Below are positions 49,560 through 61,915 of a stretch of DNA of 64,000 nucleotides, in pieces. How positions within the stretch are numbered: the stretch's first letter is position 1; the number at the start of each line of letters is the position of its first letter. The position numbers were made by a program, and so were the translations under genes. The notes beneath the pieces were generated by a model. It was not told the DNA's origin and ran no database searches. It saw only the letters and a list, made by a program, of their open reading frames with translations. This DNA comes from Akkermansiaceae bacterium (GTDB lineage: Bacteria > Verrucomicrobiota > Verrucomicrobiia > Verrucomicrobiales > Akkermansiaceae), in contig JBPOGF010000008.1 of NCBI GenBank assembly GCA_051251915.1, positions 64,001 to 128,000 on the forward strand, written 5' to 3'.

Positions 49560-52085
49560 ATGCGTATTATTTCTGTTTTCACTGCACTGGCCATCACATG
49601 GGCAGGATCTATCAGCGCACAGGAACCAGCTAAATACATACTAAATGATGACCCCATCTACTCAGAAGGCATCAATGCCCTCGCTGACCACCTCCCAGCG
49701 ATCGCAACCAAAAAATTCGCCGCTCTATTAAAGTCGGAGAATCTGACCGATGACACCAAACTCAAGCTTCTCTTCCTACTCACTGAATCCCAAGTCCGGT
49801 CCAATAAACCAACAGAAGCCCTCACTACATTATCAGACCCATTGATCGCAGAACACCCAGACGCACTATTCTGGAAAGGTCAAGCATTAGCAGGCACAGG
49901 CAGATACAATGACGCCATCCAAACCCTAGAACAAACTGACCCCAAGTCAAAAAACTACCAACTAGGCCAACTCAAAATCGCTAACCTTGCCGCCGCTCTC
50001 AATGACATTGATAAAGCACTCACCATTCTTAACCAATCCATCAAAGGCAACAAAAACGTCTCCCCTCAGACATACATCTCGCTAGCAAACCTATACCTAG
50101 CTAAAGAAGATCCAGAGAATGCGGCCAAGATGCTCGCCAAAATCGAGCCATCGGATGAGCTTGTTTCAAAAGTAAAACAACTACTCCAAGCTCAGATCGA
50201 CATTCTCCTAGGAAACTACCAAGAAGCAATCAAATCACTCGATGAGTTGATCCAGTCACCAGATAAGCTCAACCGCAAAACCCTCAGCTTCTCCACCCTT
50301 TACCTAGCCGATGCACTCCACCTCAGCGGACAAAACCAAGAAGCCATCAATACCCTTACTAGTTATCTAGACACACACCCCAGCCCCCTCTTAGGTTCTA
50401 TGTTTGCCAGACTTGGAAAATGGATTCCTAGCGACACCCCCATCACTGACCCAGCCATCAAAAAACTAATCACTTGGGCAGGCGCAGACCAAAACCAGAA
50501 GCTCACCAACCTCAGCAAAAAAGATGACCGCCACTCAGACCTCAGCGCCTTCGCACTCTACTATTACGCCCGTTACCTAGCAGGTCAAACTGAAGCCGCC
50601 AGCAAAACCAAGGCCATCTTCGAGTTCAACCGCCTCAGACTACGCTACCCCACTCACATCCTCGCCGGCACCTCACTCACAGATACCGCCACCACCCAGC
50701 TTTCACTAGGTAGAATCGACGCCGCCCAAGACACCCTCAAGCTCATCCAAAGGCTCAACATACCCATCGCCCCCATCGCCAAACAACAAGCAGGCTTCCT
50801 CTTAGGCAAACTCAACCTCGATGAGCAAAATTACCCTGCCGCAGCTGCCGCATACCAAACCGTAGTAGATTCAGCCAGCGGCGAACTCAGAACAGCATCC
50901 ATCGTAAACGCCGCCAGCAGTTACCTCGCAGCAGCAGACACCGAAGGATTCATTAAACTCAAGCAAAACATCGATGACCCAGCCATCCAGACTAATCTCA
51001 CACTAGAATACGCTCTCTGGTTGGCCAGAGAAAATAAGATCATCGCTAGAACCATCCTCCATAACTTCACCCTCATGGAGCCTAACCACCCACGCATCAC
51101 TGAAGCCAGACTAGCTCTCGCACTCCATTGTCTCCGAGTCTCCCCAGTAGATCTACATCTAAGCCAATCTATCATTCCTGAAATCAGTCAAGTGGAGCTG
51201 TTAGACAATCAGCAAGCAGACTACTCCTACCTAATCTACAGAAATGCCATCTCTCATGCCGACTACGCTGGTGCCGCAGATGCCGCCAGACAATTCACAG
51301 AAACCTTCCCCGAACACCCGCGCCTAGCTGAGTTCACCCTCCTCCAAGGACAAGCACTCTACCACAACGGTCAGCACAATGAAGCACGTCGCATCCTCCT
51401 CAACATGGTGAAAACTTACCCCCAGCACCCCCTAAAAAGCTACGCAGAATACTACGCAGCCATGTCTGCCAAGCTTGAAGGCACACCACAGTCACAGGAA
51501 GAATCCATCAAACTATTCTCACAAATTGCCAATTCAGATTCTAGCCTAGCCTCAGAATCCCTACTCCAGCTAGCCCAGCTCTACATCAACAAGAACCAAC
51601 CTCAGAAAGCCATCCAAGCTCTCAAACCTGTCTTTGATGCCCAGCCAATTGGTAAGAAATCCCTCAACCTAGGAATCCTCCTCGCCTCAGCCTACCACGC
51701 CCTCGGAGATATCCAGCCAGAAAATTTCCAGTCGGCACTCGATATCTTCGACATCCTAATCAAGCAAAACCAAGGAAACTTCCAAGCGCTCAACGAAATC
51801 AAATACAACAAAGCACTCGCCCTCCAACACATGAATAATGATGATGACGCACTAGAAATCTACTACTCCGTCATCAACATAGACCTCAATAAAGCACCCA
51901 TCACTGAGTGGAAATGGTACTACAAATGCGGGTTCACAGCCATCGCAATGCTTGAGGAAATGAAAAACCCCAACGGAGCCATCGCCATCGCCAAAAAGCT
52001 TTCTAACAGTAACGGCAGTCGCGCAGATGAAGCAGCCAAACGAGCAAGGTCACTTGAAATGAAATACATGATCTGGGAGTATTAG
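49560..52085 (+). CDS. secreted TPR-repeat protein
   Basis: Signal peptide; repeated helical TPR-like units; promoter TTTACA-17-TAGCAT-6nt-ATG. Confidence 0.8.
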   Translation: MRIISVFTALAITWAGSISAQEPAKYILNDDPIYSEGINALADHLPAIATKKFAALLKSENLTDDTKLKLLFLLTESQVRSNKPTEALTTLSDPLIAEHPDALFWKGQALAGTGRYNDAIQTLEQTDPKSKNYQLGQLKIANLAAALNDIDKALTILNQSIKGNKNVSPQTYISLANLYLAKEDPENAAKMLAKIEPSDELVSKVKQLLQAQIDILLGNYQEAIKSLDELIQSPDKLNRKTLSFSTLYLADALHLSGQNQEAINTLTSYLDTHPSPLLGSMFARLGKWIPSDTPITDPAIKKLITWAGADQNQKLTNLSKKDDRHSDLSAFALYYYARYLAGQTEAASKTKAIFEFNRLRLRYPTHILAGTSLTDTATTQLSLGRIDAAQDTLKLIQRLNIPIAPIAKQQAGFLLGKLNLDEQNYPAAAAAYQTVVDSASGELRTASIVNAASSYLAAADTEGFIKLKQNIDDPAIQTNLTLEYALWLARENKIIARTILHNFTLMEPNHPRITEARLALALHCLRVSPVDLHLSQSIIPEISQVELLDNQQADYSYLIYRNAISHADYAGAADAARQFTETFPEHPRLAEFTLLQGQALYHNGQHNEARRILLNMVKTYPQHPLKSYAEYYAAMSAKLEGTPQSQEESIKLFSQIANSDSSLASESLLQLAQLYINKNQPQKAIQALKPVFDAQPIGKKSLNLGILLASAYHALGDIQPENFQSALDIFDILIKQNQGNFQALNEIKYNKALALQHMNNDDDALEIYYSVINIDLNKAPITEWKWYYKCGFTAIAMLEEMKNPNGAIAIAKKLSNSNGSRADEAAKRARSLEMKYMIWEY

Positions 52086-52181
52086 TTTGTCCTAATACTT
52101 CAAACTACTGCATTTTTTAGTGTTACACGTGAGTCAAATATTGGTAATGGTATTTATACCCAAATTTACCTTTATAAACTC

Positions 52182-53672
52182 ATGTTAAAATCCATCAAAC
52201 CCATTTTCCATCTCCTCATAGCCGCCTTGGTTGCCAGCCAAATAACCACCGCCGCCACCAAACCAAACATCCTCTGGATATTTTCAGACGACCACTCCTT
52301 CCAAACCATCGGTGCCTATGGTGGACGCTTAGAAAAGCTTAACATGACTCCTAACATCGACCGCTTAGCCAAAGAAGGCATGAGATTCGATCGCTGCTAC
52401 GTCACCAATTCCATCTGCGGGCCAAGCCGCGCCGTCCTCCTCACAGGAAAACACAGCCACCTCAACGGAAAAATGGATAACCGTGGCGACTTCAACCACG
52501 ACCAACAAAACTTCGCCAAAATCCTCCAGAAAAATGGCTACCAAACCGCCATGATCGGCAAAATCCACCTCAACGGTGCTATGCAAGGATTCGACTACTG
52601 GGACGTCCTCCCCGGCCAAGGCCTCTACAACAACCCAGAATTCATCTCAGCCAAAGGAAAACTCAAGCACAAAGGCTACGTCAGCGACATCATCACTGAC
52701 AAATCTCTCAACTGGCTCCAAAAACAGCGCGACACAACCAAACCATTCATGCTCATGATGCACCACAAAGCTCCCCACAGAAACTGGCATCCAGCTAAAC
52801 GTCACATGCACCTCTACAAAGACATCGAAATCCCAGAACCAACAACACTCTTTGACGACTACACAGGCCGCGGCACCCCAGCCCACAACCAAGACATGAG
52901 CATCGAAAAAACCATGCGCATGGAAGGCGACGTCAAACTAGGTGGTAAATACACCTCCCACTCCCAATACAAAGAAAGAAACACCTACTACCAAAAACAC
53001 AACCCCACAGGCAAGGACCTAGTCAAATTCAAATATCAACTCTACATGAAAGACTACCTCCGCTGCATTTGGGCGGTCGATGAAAGTGTAGGCAGAGTAC
53101 TAGACTACCTAGAAACCTCAGGACTAGGTGAAAACACCATCGTCATGTACAGCTCAGACCAAGGCTTCTACATGGGCGAACACGGCTGGTTTGACAAACG
53201 CTTCATGTACGAAGAATCCTTCCGCACCCCACTCATCGTCAAATGGCCAAACCAAGTCAAACCCGGCACCGTCAACACAGACCTAGTTCAGAACCTAGAC
53301 TTCGCAGAAACATTCCTAGACCTAGCCGGCATCCAGTCCCCTGCTGACATGCAAGGCGAAAGCATCCTCCCACTCATCAAAGGAAACACTCCCGCTGACT
53401 GGAGAACATCCCTCTACTACCACTACTACGCATTCCCCTCCACTCACGACGTCAGAAAGCACGAAGGAGTCTCAGAAAAACGCTTCAAACTCATCCGCTT
53501 CTACGGAAAAGGCGTCCCAGACGGAGAAGAATGGGAACTCTACGACCTACAAACAGATCCACAAGAAATGAACAGCCAATACAACAATCCTGAATACGCA
53601 GGCGAAGTCACCAGACTCAAAAAAGAACTCCACCGCCTCCGCAAATACTATCAAGTACCAGACGCTAAATAA
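52182..53672 (+). CDS. sulfatase (Cys-type, N-acetylglucosamine-6-sulfatase-like)
   Basis: PNILWIFSDDH, CGPSRAVLLTG, HKAPHRNW, GEHGWFDKRFMYEES. Confidence 0.92.
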   Translation: MLKSIKPIFHLLIAALVASQITTAATKPNILWIFSDDHSFQTIGAYGGRLEKLNMTPNIDRLAKEGMRFDRCYVTNSICGPSRAVLLTGKHSHLNGKMDNRGDFNHDQQNFAKILQKNGYQTAMIGKIHLNGAMQGFDYWDVLPGQGLYNNPEFISAKGKLKHKGYVSDIITDKSLNWLQKQRDTTKPFMLMMHHKAPHRNWHPAKRHMHLYKDIEIPEPTTLFDDYTGRGTPAHNQDMSIEKTMRMEGDVKLGGKYTSHSQYKERNTYYQKHNPTGKDLVKFKYQLYMKDYLRCIWAVDESVGRVLDYLETSGLGENTIVMYSSDQGFYMGEHGWFDKRFMYEESFRTPLIVKWPNQVKPGTVNTDLVQNLDFAETFLDLAGIQSPADMQGESILPLIKGNTPADWRTSLYYHYYAFPSTHDVRKHEGVSEKRFKLIRFYGKGVPDGEEWELYDLQTDPQEMNSQYNNPEYAGEVTRLKKELHRLRKYYQVPDAK

Positions 53673-53782
53673 CCAAATTAGAACCATTCAAATAAAGTTT
53701 CTGAATTTCTCAGACATAGCTTGAAATTAGATGCTATTTCCGCTACACCCGTCCCAGTTCACAACTCTACAAATACAATCAC

Positions 53783-54466
53783 ATGAGCAAATCTAGCTGT
53801 TCTCTCTGCCAATTTTGGCATTCATCCATCGGAAAAAAAATCATCGTCGCCATCACTGGTATCGTTCTCGTCGGCTTTCTATTAGGCCACCTCACTGGAA
53901 ACTTGCTCATGTACATGGGCCCAGAAGCATTCAATGAATACGCAGAATTCCTACACACCATGCTTCACGGAGCAGGTGTCTGGATCGCACGTATCGTCCT
54001 ACTTACCTGTCTAGTTCTCCACGTCACAGCCACCATCGGCCTCGTAATCCAGAACAAAGCAGCCAAAGGCCAAAACTACGAGAAACCAGAAACAAGCGTA
54101 GCCTCTGGCTCATCACGCATCATGATCTGGTCCGGCCTCACCATCCTAGCATTCGTCATCTTCCACCTCCTACACTACACAGTCAGAGTAGATTCAGATC
54201 TCGCTAACCTCGGTGACAACGGCAACGCATACGCAATGGTAATCCTCGGATTCAAAAACGTCCTAGTCAGCATCTTCTACATCATCGCCATCACACTCCT
54301 CTGCTCACATCTCAGCCACGGAGTATCATCCATCTTCCAGACACTCGGATTAAGAACTCGCGGAAACGCAAGCCTAATCAACTGCTTCGCAAAAGGCTAC
54401 ACCGCCATCATCTGGATCGGCTTCGTCTCCATCCCTGTCGCCGTCCTAGCAGGTCTTCTTAAATAA
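53783..54466 (+). CDS. sdhC: succinate dehydrogenase/fumarate reductase cytochrome b subunit
   Basis: SSIGKK..VAITG, five TM with His ligands, HLSHGVSSIFQTLG. Confidence 0.9.
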   Translation: MSKSSCSLCQFWHSSIGKKIIVAITGIVLVGFLLGHLTGNLLMYMGPEAFNEYAEFLHTMLHGAGVWIARIVLLTCLVLHVTATIGLVIQNKAAKGQNYEKPETSVASGSSRIMIWSGLTILAFVIFHLLHYTVRVDSDLANLGDNGNAYAMVILGFKNVLVSIFYIIAITLLCSHLSHGVSSIFQTLGLRTRGNASLINCFAKGYTAIIWIGFVSIPVAVLAGLLK

Positions 54467-54494
54467 TCATTTCAAACTCTAACCACTTCTAACA

Positions 54495-56465
54495 ATGTCA
54501 CTCAATTCAAACGTTCCTGAAGGTCCAATCGAGCAGAAATGGACAAAGCACAAGATGGACTCTAAGCTCATCAACCCTGCTAACAAACGTAAATTCACCG
54601 TCATCGTTGTCGGCTCAGGCCTCGCCGGAGGTTCTGCAGCCGCCACACTCGCTGAGCTAGGTTACAAAGTAAAATGCTTCTGTTACCAAGACTCACCACG
54701 TAGAGCACACTCCATCGCAGCCCAGGGTGGTATCAACGCCGCCAAGAACTATCAAAACGACGGTGACTCAGTCCGCCGCCTCTTCTACGACACAGTCAAA
54801 GGTGGTGACTTCCGCTCACGTGAATCTAACGTCCACAGACTCGCAGAAGTCTCTAACAGCATTATCGACCAAGCAACAGCTCAAGGTGTCCCATTCGCTC
54901 GCGAATACGGCGGCCTCCTAGACAACCGCTCATTCGGTGGTGCCCAAGTCTCCCGTACATTCTACGCACGTGGCCAGACTGGACAACAGCTACTCATCGG
55001 TTGCTACCAAGCACTCGAAAAAGAAATCTCTAAAGGTGGTGTAGAAATGCACACCCGCACAGAGATGATGGACCTCGTCAAAGTAGACGGGCACGCCAAA
55101 GGCATCGTCGTCCGCGACATGAAAACAGGAGAAATCTCCACCCACGCCGCTGACGCAGTATGTATCGCATCAGGTGGCTACGGAAACGTATTCTTCCTCT
55201 CTACAAACGCAATGGGATGTAACGTCATGGCTGCCTACAAAGCTCACAAAAAAGGAGCCTACTTCGCTAACCCATGCTACACACAGATCCACCCTACCTG
55301 TATCCCAGTTAGTGGTGACTACCAGTCCAAGCTCACACTCATGTCTGAATCACTCAGAAATGACGGCCGTATCTGGGTTCCTAAAACGAAAGAAGATGCA
55401 CTCGCCATCCGTGAAGGTCTCAAGAAAGCCGTCGACATCGCTGAAGACGACAGAGACTACTACCTAGAACGTAAATACCCATCATTCGGTAACCTCTGCC
55501 CACGTGACATCGCATCCCGCGCCGCCAAAGAAGCATGTGACGACGGTCGCGGCGTAGCCCCTACCGGACTCGGAGTATACCTAGACTTCAAAGACGCCAT
55601 CGCCAGACTCGGTGAAGACACCATCCGTGCCAAATACGGAAACCTCTTCCAAATGTACGAGAAGATCTCCGGTGATAACCCATACACATCACCAATGCAG
55701 ATCTTCCCAGCCGTTCACTACACCATGGGCGGACTCTGGGTTGACTACAACCTCATGTCTAACCTCCCAGGACTCCACGTCCTAGGTGAAGCAAACTTCT
55801 CTGACCACGGAGCCAACCGCCTCGGAGCCTCCGCACTCATGCAAGGACTCGCAGACGGATACTTCGTCCTTCCTACCACCATCGCAAACTACCTCGCCAC
55901 CCAAAAGCCAGGTACAGTAAGCACAGATCAAGCAGAATTCAAAGAAGCCGAGCAAGCAGTTAAAGAGCAAATCAGCAAGCTCATGAACATCAAAGGTGAA
56001 AAATCCGTAGACACATTCCACCGTGAACTCGGTCAAGTCATGTGGGATCACTGCGGCATGGAACGCACCAAAGAAGGACTAGAAGCTGCCATCAAAAAAA
56101 TCCCAGAAATCCGCGCAGACTTCTGGGCAAACGTCCGCATCCCAGGATCAGCAGACGGCATGAACACCGAGCTAGAAAAAGCCGCACGCCTAGCAGACTA
56201 CCTAGAATTCGGAGAACTCATGTGCCATGATGCACTCAACCGTGAAGAATCATGCGGTGGTCACTTCCGTGGAGAACACCAGTTCACCACAGAATCACCA
56301 GAAGTAATCGATGGCACCACCCAACCAGGTGAAGCCCAGCGTCACGATGACGAATTCACCTACGTAGCCGCATGGCAATACAACGGTGAAGGCAACGTCC
56401 CCATCCTTCACAAAGAAGCCCTCGAATACGAAAGCATCAAACTCTCCATCCGAAGCTACAAGTAA
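54495..56465 (+). CDS. sdhA: succinate dehydrogenase/fumarate reductase flavoprotein
   Basis: [52 protein letters not shown]. Confidence 0.95.
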   Translation: MSLNSNVPEGPIEQKWTKHKMDSKLINPANKRKFTVIVVGSGLAGGSAAATLAELGYKVKCFCYQDSPRRAHSIAAQGGINAAKNYQNDGDSVRRLFYDTVKGGDFRSRESNVHRLAEVSNSIIDQATAQGVPFAREYGGLLDNRSFGGAQVSRTFYARGQTGQQLLIGCYQALEKEISKGGVEMHTRTEMMDLVKVDGHAKGIVVRDMKTGEISTHAADAVCIASGGYGNVFFLSTNAMGCNVMAAYKAHKKGAYFANPCYTQIHPTCIPVSGDYQSKLTLMSESLRNDGRIWVPKTKEDALAIREGLKKAVDIAEDDRDYYLERKYPSFGNLCPRDIASRAAKEACDDGRGVAPTGLGVYLDFKDAIARLGEDTIRAKYGNLFQMYEKISGDNPYTSPMQIFPAVHYTMGGLWVDYNLMSNLPGLHVLGEANFSDHGANRLGASALMQGLADGYFVLPTTIANYLATQKPGTVSTDQAEFKEAEQAVKEQISKLMNIKGEKSVDTFHRELGQVMWDHCGMERTKEGLEAAIKKIPEIRADFWANVRIPGSADGMNTELEKAARLADYLEFGELMCHDALNREESCGGHFRGEHQFTTESPEVIDGTTQPGEAQRHDDEFTYVAAWQYNGEGNVPILHKEALEYESIKLSIRSYK

Positions 56466-56489
56466 GGAACACCCCACACCAAAAGCCTC

Positions 56490-57356
56490 ATGATACTCAC
56501 AGGATTTGCAGATGAAGCCGGTGCTGATCTCAGCACCCAAATCAAAGCCACCAAAGAACTTGGCTGGAACTACATCTCCGCTCGCGGAATCGATGGATCA
56601 AACATCCACGACCTAAGCGATGAGGCATTTGACAAAGCCTTTGAACAACTTGACCAAGCAGGCATTAAAATCGCCGAGTTTGGCTCCCTCATCGGCACCT
56701 GGGCAAAATCCATCGAAACAGACTTCGACATCACCCTAGCCGAAGTCGAACGCGCCATCCCAAGGATGCAACGACTCGGCACCAACATCGTTCGAGTCAT
56801 GTCCTACGCCCAAGAACCATGGGGCAGCGACCAACACGAACAAGAACGCTTCCGCAGACTCAGAGAAATCACCGCCAGATTCACCGCAGCAGGTCTCACC
56901 ACCGCTCACGAAAACTGCATGAACTGGGGAGGCTTCTCCGCAGAGCACACTCTCCGCCTCATCGAAGAAGTTCCTGACATGAAACTCATCTTCGACACCG
57001 GAAACCCCACCTTCCAGCGTGATCGCTCTAAACCTGACTCAAACGGAACATTCCCGTGGCAAGACAGCCTAGAATTCTACCACCAAGTCAAAGAACACGT
57101 CGCCCACATCCACATCAAAGACTGCATCAACCCAGTCAGTGACGACGTAGAGCCAGTCTACACCTACCCAGGTGAAGGCCAAAGCCACGTCTCAGAAATC
57201 ATCACCGAGCTAAAAGCAGACAACTACAAAGGATTCATCGCCATCGAACCCCATGTAGCCACCGTCTTCCACGCCAAAGCAGACGAAATCGATTGGAAAC
57301 AATGCTACGACAGTTATGTCAAATACGGCAAAGACCTAGAGTCCCTCATTGTATAA
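56490..57356 (+). CDS. sugar phosphate isomerase/epimerase (xylose-isomerase-like TIM barrel)
   Basis: TGFADE, HEN, FDTGN, HIHIKD, IEPH metal-binding pattern. Confidence 0.85.
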   Translation: MILTGFADEAGADLSTQIKATKELGWNYISARGIDGSNIHDLSDEAFDKAFEQLDQAGIKIAEFGSLIGTWAKSIETDFDITLAEVERAIPRMQRLGTNIVRVMSYAQEPWGSDQHEQERFRRLREITARFTAAGLTTAHENCMNWGGFSAEHTLRLIEEVPDMKLIFDTGNPTFQRDRSKPDSNGTFPWQDSLEFYHQVKEHVAHIHIKDCINPVSDDVEPVYTYPGEGQSHVSEIITELKADNYKGFIAIEPHVATVFHAKADEIDWKQCYDSYVKYGKDLESLIV

Positions 57357-57457
57357 CTTACCATCTGCCATCTTCTCCACACGGCACAAACATGCAGTTA
57401 ACTTGGCTCATTAAAATTCGTATTGAATTCCCCTCCCCCATTGCACACACTTAACTT

Positions 57458-58351
57458 GTGATAGCAAAACCAAGTATCGGCGACAAATTCGCTTACTACG
57501 CGCTCCTCGTTTTTGAAAAACCTTTCGGAGTCATACCCACATCATGGATGTGGCGCATTGGCGCCGGTATTGGCTGCATTGCCCATAAACTCGCTAAAAA
57601 GCGCCGCGCCATCGTCCAAGCAAACCTCAAAATCGTCCACCCCAACCTCCCCGCGGAGCAGCTCCAAGATTTATCAAAAGAAGTATTCCGTAAGTCCTTT
57701 GCAAACCTCGCGAGCTCCATCAACACCGGCTTCATCTCCTCAAAAAAAATCCCCAACATTGTCACCATCAAAGGTCAACAACACATCGATAACCTAGACC
57801 CTAAAAAGGGCTGCATCATGCTACTTTTCCACATGGGCAACTGGGAAGTCCTCAGCCGCATTGCCCCCCTTTTTAATTCAGAAAAGCCATCAGCTGCAAT
57901 GTTCAGACCACTCAACAACTCTCTCATCAACGACCACATCACCCAAAGCAGAGAAAAAGACGGAACCAAATTATTTGGCCGTAAACGCGGACTCATCCAA
58001 GCCAGCAAATTCCTCCGTGACGGCGGCATCCTAGGCATCCTAGGTGACCAGCACGCAGGCGGAGCCGGAATCACCCTACCACTATTCGGAAAAGAAACAT
58101 CCATCACCCCTCTCCCCACAATGTTGGCTCAGAAATACGACTGCCCCATCATCCCAGTCACCGTCAGCACCATTTCATCAGGTAAATGGACCATTGAATT
58201 TGCTCAACCATTCAGCATCCCCGCCGATCTAGATAAAACGGCCGCCACCAAACTACTAATCCCAGTCATGGAAAACGTCATGACCGAGCACTGCTCAGAC
58301 ATCTTCTGGCTACACGACCGATGGAAGCTCAAACACAGCCTCCGCAACTAA
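57458..58351 (+). CDS. lipid A late acyltransferase (LpxL/HtrB family)
   Basis: [25 protein letters not shown]. Confidence 0.88.
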   Translation: MIAKPSIGDKFAYYALLVFEKPFGVIPTSWMWRIGAGIGCIAHKLAKKRRAIVQANLKIVHPNLPAEQLQDLSKEVFRKSFANLASSINTGFISSKKIPNIVTIKGQQHIDNLDPKKGCIMLLFHMGNWEVLSRIAPLFNSEKPSAAMFRPLNNSLINDHITQSREKDGTKLFGRKRGLIQASKFLRDGGILGILGDQHAGGAGITLPLFGKETSITPLPTMLAQKYDCPIIPVTVSTISSGKWTIEFAQPFSIPADLDKTAATKLLIPVMENVMTEHCSDIFWLHDRWKLKHSLRN

Positions 58352-59343
58352 AGCCCCAGCCGCTCACACTGGTAATCCACAAAATCTGGATGATCCAAGT
58401 ACCACTGCACCGTCTCCCGTAGCCCCTCCTCAAAAGTCCTCTCTGCAGCCCACCCCAGTTCAGCCTTCACCTTCGTAGCATCTATCGCATAACGCGCATC
58501 ATGCCCAGGCCTATCCACCACAAACTCAATCAACTCCTCCCCTAAATCCAGCTCAGCCAAGATCCCCCTCACCACCTCCAAATTAGTCCGCTCACTATCT
58601 CCCCCTACATTATATTTCTCCCCACAGCGTCCCTTGTCAAAAATCATCCACAACGCCCGCACATGATCCTCCACATGTAGCCAGTCCCGCACCTGCTGCC
58701 CATCACCATACACAGGTAGTTTCTCACCAGCCAACGCCTTCCGTATCATCAGCGGAATCAACTTCTCAGGAAACTGATACGGCCCATAATTATTAGAACA
58801 ATTAGAAATCACCACCGGCAAGCCATACGTCCGCCCCCAAGCCATCACCAAATGATCAGACGCCGCCTTAGATGCAGAATAAGGTGATGATGGATCATAA
58901 ACTGACTCCTCAGTAAACTTACCCCCAGCCCCCAAAGAACCATAAACCTCATCCGTAGATACATGTAAAAACTTAAACCCACAAAACTGACCCCTAGCCT
59001 GCCAATACTCCAGCGACGCATCTAACAAAACCTGAGTCCCCACCACATTCGTCCGTATAAACCCCGCCGCAGACTCTATCGACCTATCCACATGACTCTC
59101 CGCCGCCAAATGAATCACCCCATCCGGCTCATACTCCTCAAAAATCTCCCCCATCCTAACAGCATCACAAACATCCGCCTCCACAAAATCATACCCCTCA
59201 CCCAGTTCAGATAAAGCCGATAAATTCGCAGCATAAGTAAGCTTATCCACATTCACCACCTGCACCTCCCCCTCAGACACTAGCCACCTGCACAGCGCTC
59301 CACCAATAAACCCTGCCCCACCTGTAATAATGATTGTTCTCAT
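58348..59343 (-). CDS. rfbB: dTDP-glucose 4,6-dehydratase
   Basis: [44 protein letters not shown]. Confidence 0.95.
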   Translation of the reverse strand: MRTIIITGGAGFIGGALCRWLVSEGEVQVVNVDKLTYAANLSALSELGEGYDFVEADVCDAVRMGEIFEEYEPDGVIHLAAESHVDRSIESAAGFIRTNVVGTQVLLDASLEYWQARGQFCGFKFLHVSTDEVYGSLGAGGKFTEESVYDPSSPYSASKAASDHLVMAWGRTYGLPVVISNCSNNYGPYQFPEKLIPLMIRKALAGEKLPVYGDGQQVRDWLHVEDHVRALWMIFDKGRCGEKYNVGGDSERTNLEVVRGILAELDLGEELIEFVVDRPGHDARYAIDATKVKAELGWAAERTFEEGLRETVQWYLDHPDFVDYQCERLGL

Positions 59344-59525
59344 AGTATTCAAAGCCTTCTCTTTCTAGCTCAACAACCCAATGCTACCGCCTCTGCCAAA
59401 AAATATCAACCAACTAGAATAAATCCCCCCCATACAAACACATACCACAACAAGAAAATATAGACATCCCTTCAGTTCCCCCCCATCATCCAGACACTCT
59501 ACAAGCATAAGCCTACCTCATTAAA

Positions 59526-60614
59526 ATGACATCCACAAAACCAAAACTACTCATAGACGTAGGTAAACTAAAACACCCCAACAACGGCCTAGACACATTC
59601 CTCAGATCCTACCTATCTCAACTAGAATCACTCCCTCAATCTGAAGAATTTGACATCCATCTACTGACACCCTCAGCTGGCATACCAGATTTCAAAACGA
59701 AATTCAACTGCATCAAACAAAGTAAACTCAAACACCTCCAAGCCCGGTTTCTAGTCAAACAATTTGACCTATGGCACTCACCCTTTCACTCATCAAACAA
59801 GGTCTCAAAGAACCCTCATTGTATACATGTCGCTACGATTCATGATTTCAACCCCCTCTACGAAAGACCAAATAAAAAGGACAGATACCTTAAACGTAGC
59901 TTGAATCACATCATTCATACCGACCACCTCGTCTGTATTTCTCAATTCACCCAGCAAGAACTCAAAACCCACCACCCCTCGCTATCACATATCCCTAGAA
60001 AGGTGATCTATAATGGTGTGTGTGAAACCCAGCCTGGAGAAAAGCCTACATTTGATGTCCCACAGCGGTTTCTCTTCTCATTAGGCGCATTCATGAAGAA
60101 GAAAAACTATGCAGCCATCATCGAAATGATGCCATTCATAGACAATGATATTCACCTCATCATCGCTGGTTCAAGCAGTGGATCTTACATTGATCAACTC
60201 ACCCAACAAGTTATCAAGCTTAACTTAACCAAGCGAGTTCACCTCATTCAAAACATCTCTAACAACGATAAAAACTGGCTACTCGACAACTGTGAGGCCT
60301 TTTTATTTCCATCCATTCTCGAAGGCTTTGGCCTACCTCCAGTTGAAGCCATGAAACACGGTAAAACAGCATTCATATTCAATCAAACCTCACTCCCAGA
60401 GGTCGTCGGAGACGCAGGAGTCATCTGGCACGATGACTCACCCCAATCAATGGCAACCGAAGTAGTAAAATTCCTCGCCAGCGACCAACACAACTCCCCA
60501 GAACAAATCAACCAAATCAAACAACACGCCGCACAGTTCTGCTGGAAGAGAATGACCCTCTCCTATCTAGATCTCTTCACCCAACTCCTCCAAAGCTCAC
60601 CCCACAAGAAATAA
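59526..60614 (+). CDS. glycosyltransferase family 4
   Basis: TIHD, YNGV, FLFPSILEGFGLPPVEAM. Confidence 0.9.
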   Translation: MTSTKPKLLIDVGKLKHPNNGLDTFLRSYLSQLESLPQSEEFDIHLLTPSAGIPDFKTKFNCIKQSKLKHLQARFLVKQFDLWHSPFHSSNKVSKNPHCIHVATIHDFNPLYERPNKKDRYLKRSLNHIIHTDHLVCISQFTQQELKTHHPSLSHIPRKVIYNGVCETQPGEKPTFDVPQRFLFSLGAFMKKKNYAAIIEMMPFIDNDIHLIIAGSSSGSYIDQLTQQVIKLNLTKRVHLIQNISNNDKNWLLDNCEAFLFPSILEGFGLPPVEAMKHGKTAFIFNQTSLPEVVGDAGVIWHDDSPQSMATEVVKFLASDQHNSPEQINQIKQHAAQFCWKRMTLSYLDLFTQLLQSSPHKK

Positions 60615-60625
60615 TCACCAAAAAA

Positions 60626-61756
60626 TTAAGCATAGTAAAAAGCCCTCACCAGCTCCTTCTCACCCTCCAAGCTCCCCACAAAAGCAGGAAACATCAAGTA
60701 ATCCTCATAATACCTACAAACCTCCTCACGCATCACCTGCCTCTCCTCCTCAGTCATTCTCACAGCCCTAGCAATAGCCCCCACCAATGACTCATCATCA
60801 TGAAACGCTAAGCAATTCACCCCATCCTCTAACTCAGGCATAAAATAATCAGAATACTCCAAGATCGGCACACACCCCTGAGACATCCCCTCTATCACAT
60901 TATGCGCAAAAGGCATAAACGTCCCCGGAGTGCACACTATAAAATCCATCTCTCCTAACAACCCTAGATACTTCTCAAAAGGAATTAAACCACCACTCCT
61001 TCTAGCTTCCCTATCATACCGCGGCACAAACACACGCTCTCGGTCCTCCTCCAACACCTCCCCAACACCATCAAAATTCTCATAACTCACCAGATTCAAA
61101 TCAGAATCCATCAGCACATCTAACGCCTGTATCCGAGTCATCACATCATGTGATTTCACAAAATCCGAGTCATATGACGAAGTAACATTACCCACAAAAA
61201 ACACCCCAAACCGCCTCATCTTCGCAATATCTATCACACTTAACCTAGGCACATCAGAAATATCAGGATGGACCTGATAAGGCATCCACCGCCTACCAGC
61301 CAGCGGCCGCGAACTCATGCTCAACTGAATAGCCAGCTTAAACCCCTCCGTCCTACACAACTCACCCTCCCTATCACACCAAAAGTAATCCACTTCATCC
61401 GAATTTGCTATCAGATCCCTTCTATCTATAAACTGAATCTTACCCGCCTCTATCATAGGCCTACAATACCTCTTCTTATACAGCGCACCCACCACCCAAA
61501 GCTTCCTCACCACATACACAATATGCCCAGAATCAACCAACCCCCTAACCATCCCCTGAAAATAACGACCAGAATCAGTCAAAACCTCAGTCGTCTTCAC
61601 ATCAATCACACTAACTACTGAACTCTCCAACTCAGTCACCAACGGCACAGACAAATATTGCCTATAACACTTCGGCATCAAATAAGACCGATACTTCCGA
61701 AAACCATCCTCCACAAAGTGCCCTGCCCTCTTATAGTAAAATTTCCAACCTTTCAT
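60626..61756 (-). CDS. putative GT-B glycosyltransferase (exostosin-like C-terminus)
   Basis: YLGLLGEMDFIVCTPG...IEGMSQGCVPI; inside the LPS cluster. Confidence 0.55.
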   Translation of the reverse strand: MKGWKFYYKRAGHFVEDGFRKYRSYLMPKCYRQYLSVPLVTELESSVVSVIDVKTTEVLTDSGRYFQGMVRGLVDSGHIVYVVRKLWVVGALYKKRYCRPMIEAGKIQFIDRRDLIANSDEVDYFWCDREGELCRTEGFKLAIQLSMSSRPLAGRRWMPYQVHPDISDVPRLSVIDIAKMRRFGVFFVGNVTSSYDSDFVKSHDVMTRIQALDVLMDSDLNLVSYENFDGVGEVLEEDRERVFVPRYDREARRSGGLIPFEKYLGLLGEMDFIVCTPGTFMPFAHNVIEGMSQGCVPILEYSDYFMPELEDGVNCLAFHDDESLVGAIARAVRMTEEERQVMREEVCRYYEDYLMFPAFVGSLEGEKELVRAFYYA

Positions 61757-61915
61757 CTAATAACTTCACGCTAGTAAATAGAAAATGCACTGTCGACACG
61801 TAAATATCTCCATACAAAAAAATAGACATTCCCCCTATTTTATCCACTATCACTCTCCACACTCCTAACCATTTCTGAAGCAAAACACCATCACCAGAAA
61901 CCACCACCATCGCCC

